DNA from: Candidatus Bathyarchaeota archaeon
GTDB taxonomy: Archaea > Thermoproteota > Bathyarchaeia > Bathyarchaeales > Bathycorpusculaceae
Assembly: GCA_963739305.1 (NCBI GenBank)
Contig: CAVTZU010000013.1
Location: forward strand, 1 to 64,000
Direction of reading: 5' to 3'
Length of the DNA stretch: 64,000 nucleotides
Part shown: piece after piece, positions 62,962-64,000 of the stretch
Layout of the letters: every line of letters begins with the position of its first letter
Numbering within the stretch: the first letter of the stretch is position 1
Made by a program: the position numbers and the translations under genes
The notes under the pieces: model-generated
What the model was told of the DNA's origin: nothing
The model's input: the letters and a program-made list of their open reading frames with translations, nothing else
Databases searched by the model: none

Positions 62962-64000
62962 TCAGTCTGCGTAGCTTTGGTGTAGGTTGTTCCTGCAGAA
63001 CATTGGCCAATCCACGCTGGTGGTTTTGACTTGGAAAGCGTAGAGCGCGTAATCGTTTGTGATGAAGACTTTTCCGTCGGCGACGCTGGGGCTTCCGAAT
63101 CCGTCGCCTGATAGTTCGGTGGACCAGATCGTGTTTCCTGTTGTTTCATTTATCGCGTAGAAGGTTCCGCTTAGCGACTGGTAGAGGATTATTCCGTTCG
63201 TGAGCACGGGGCTACAATAAGATAGGTCTGGGCGGGCCAGGTTAGGCGGGTTTGTTATGAGTGCCGCGGTGTGCCAAAGTTCTGTTCCCGACACAAAGTC
63301 ATAAGCCCAAATCACGCCGTTTTGGCTTGGGATGAAGATCTTGCCACTGTGAATCAGCGGGGTGCTCTGTCCTCCTCTTCCCTCGAACCGTCTGATCAAC
63401 TGCCCGGTTGTCTCGTTTAGGACGTAGGTTGAGACGTTGGTTCTCGTACTTGTTCCTGCAACCTGTACGACCGTTCCTTCGTACACGACGGGCGAGGAAT
63501 CCCATGAAGAGCCGTAGGTTTCGTTCCAAACGACTACTCCCGTGGTAGCGTTGAACGCGTATTGTCCAGGTGGATCGTAAGCTGATATGAAGACAAGGCC
63601 GTTATCATAGGCTGCGGAGCACACGACTTTTCCTATTTCTTGATGCCAAACCGGGTTTCCGTTGGTCTTGTTCAGTGCGTAGATTCCTGTGCCTAACGTT
63701 GTGTAATAGACGAATTCGTCTTTCACGACTGGTGAGCCGACCCATGCTGTGTCGTTCGGCTCTGTGAAAGACCAGATTATGTTTCCTGAAGTTCTGTTTA
63801 ACGCAATGGCTCTCGGCTGAGGTGTCGGTTCTCCGTTGGGGCCAGAACACTCGCCGACGTATATCACGTCCGAATCGATGCAGGGAGACGCGTCACATTG
63901 TCTCACTTCGTGAACCCAGATGATGCCGCCAGTTGAAGCGTTTAGGGCATAGACACTGTTGTCTCCTTTTGAGGGAGCATAGAGGACTCCGTCCTTGTAG
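62962..64000 (-). CDS. PQQ-like/BamB beta-propeller repeat protein, 5' end outside the window
   Basis: Repeated SP....G......YALN..TG..W blades; WPMF motif. Confidence 0.88.
   Translation of the reverse strand, partial: YKDGVLYAPSKGDNSVYALNASTGGIIWVHEVRQCDASPCIDSDVIYVGECSGPNGEPTPQPRAIALNRTSGNIIWSFTEPNDTAWVGSPVVKDEFVYYTTLGTGIYALNKTNGNPVWHQEIGKVVCSAAYDNGLVFISAYDPPGQYAFNATTGVVVWNETYGSSWDSSPVVYEGTVVQVAGTSTRTNVSTYVLNETTGQLIRRFEGRGGQSTPLIHSGKIFIPSQNGVIWAYDFVSGTELWHTAALITNPPNLARPDLSYCSPVLTNGIILYQSLSGTFYAINETTGNTIWSTELSGDGFGSPSVADGKVFITNDYALYAFQVKTTSVDWPMFCRNNLHQSYAD

Overview
Archaeal chromosomal segment, most likely Bathyarchaeia. This is an inference from the 23S rRNA, an EF-2 paralog lacking the diphthamide motif, the integrase family, PEF-type C-terminal sorting signals and two PurP paralogs. 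Left end (1-6 kb): an accessory patchwork built around a tyrosine integrase whose reading frame overlaps a complete tRNA-Pro on the opposite strand. 6-13 kb: nitroreductase (frameshifted), thiL, trmY, two tRNA-Thr genes and a stand-alone 23S rRNA gene with its own bulge-helix-bulge processing stem; no 16S or 5S gene was found in the window. 13.5-38.7 kb: a 25-kb catabolic/redox island with acyl-CoA dehydrogenase, ADP-forming acyl-CoA synthetase alpha subunit, two 2-hydroxyacid dehydrogenases, an ABC importer, an amidohydrolase, two tungsten AOR-family enzymes with ferredoxins, HdrB plus a cluster-less HdrC stub, MoaD/SAMP, an FAD/Cys-rich oxidoreductase, porGDAB and an aminotransferase. 39-58 kb: housekeeping genes (pyk, dys, dinB, radical SAM, ogg, bcp, EF-2 paralog, kinase, purE-purC-purP-purP), tRNA-Gln and tRNA-Ile2, and an unannotated 15-codon Lys-rich transcription unit. 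Right end: a flippase with a decayed partial duplicate, tRNA-Ser, membrane proteins and a PQQ-like propeller protein. At least five genes carry single-base frameshifts, probably assembly errors. No CRISPR array was seen.
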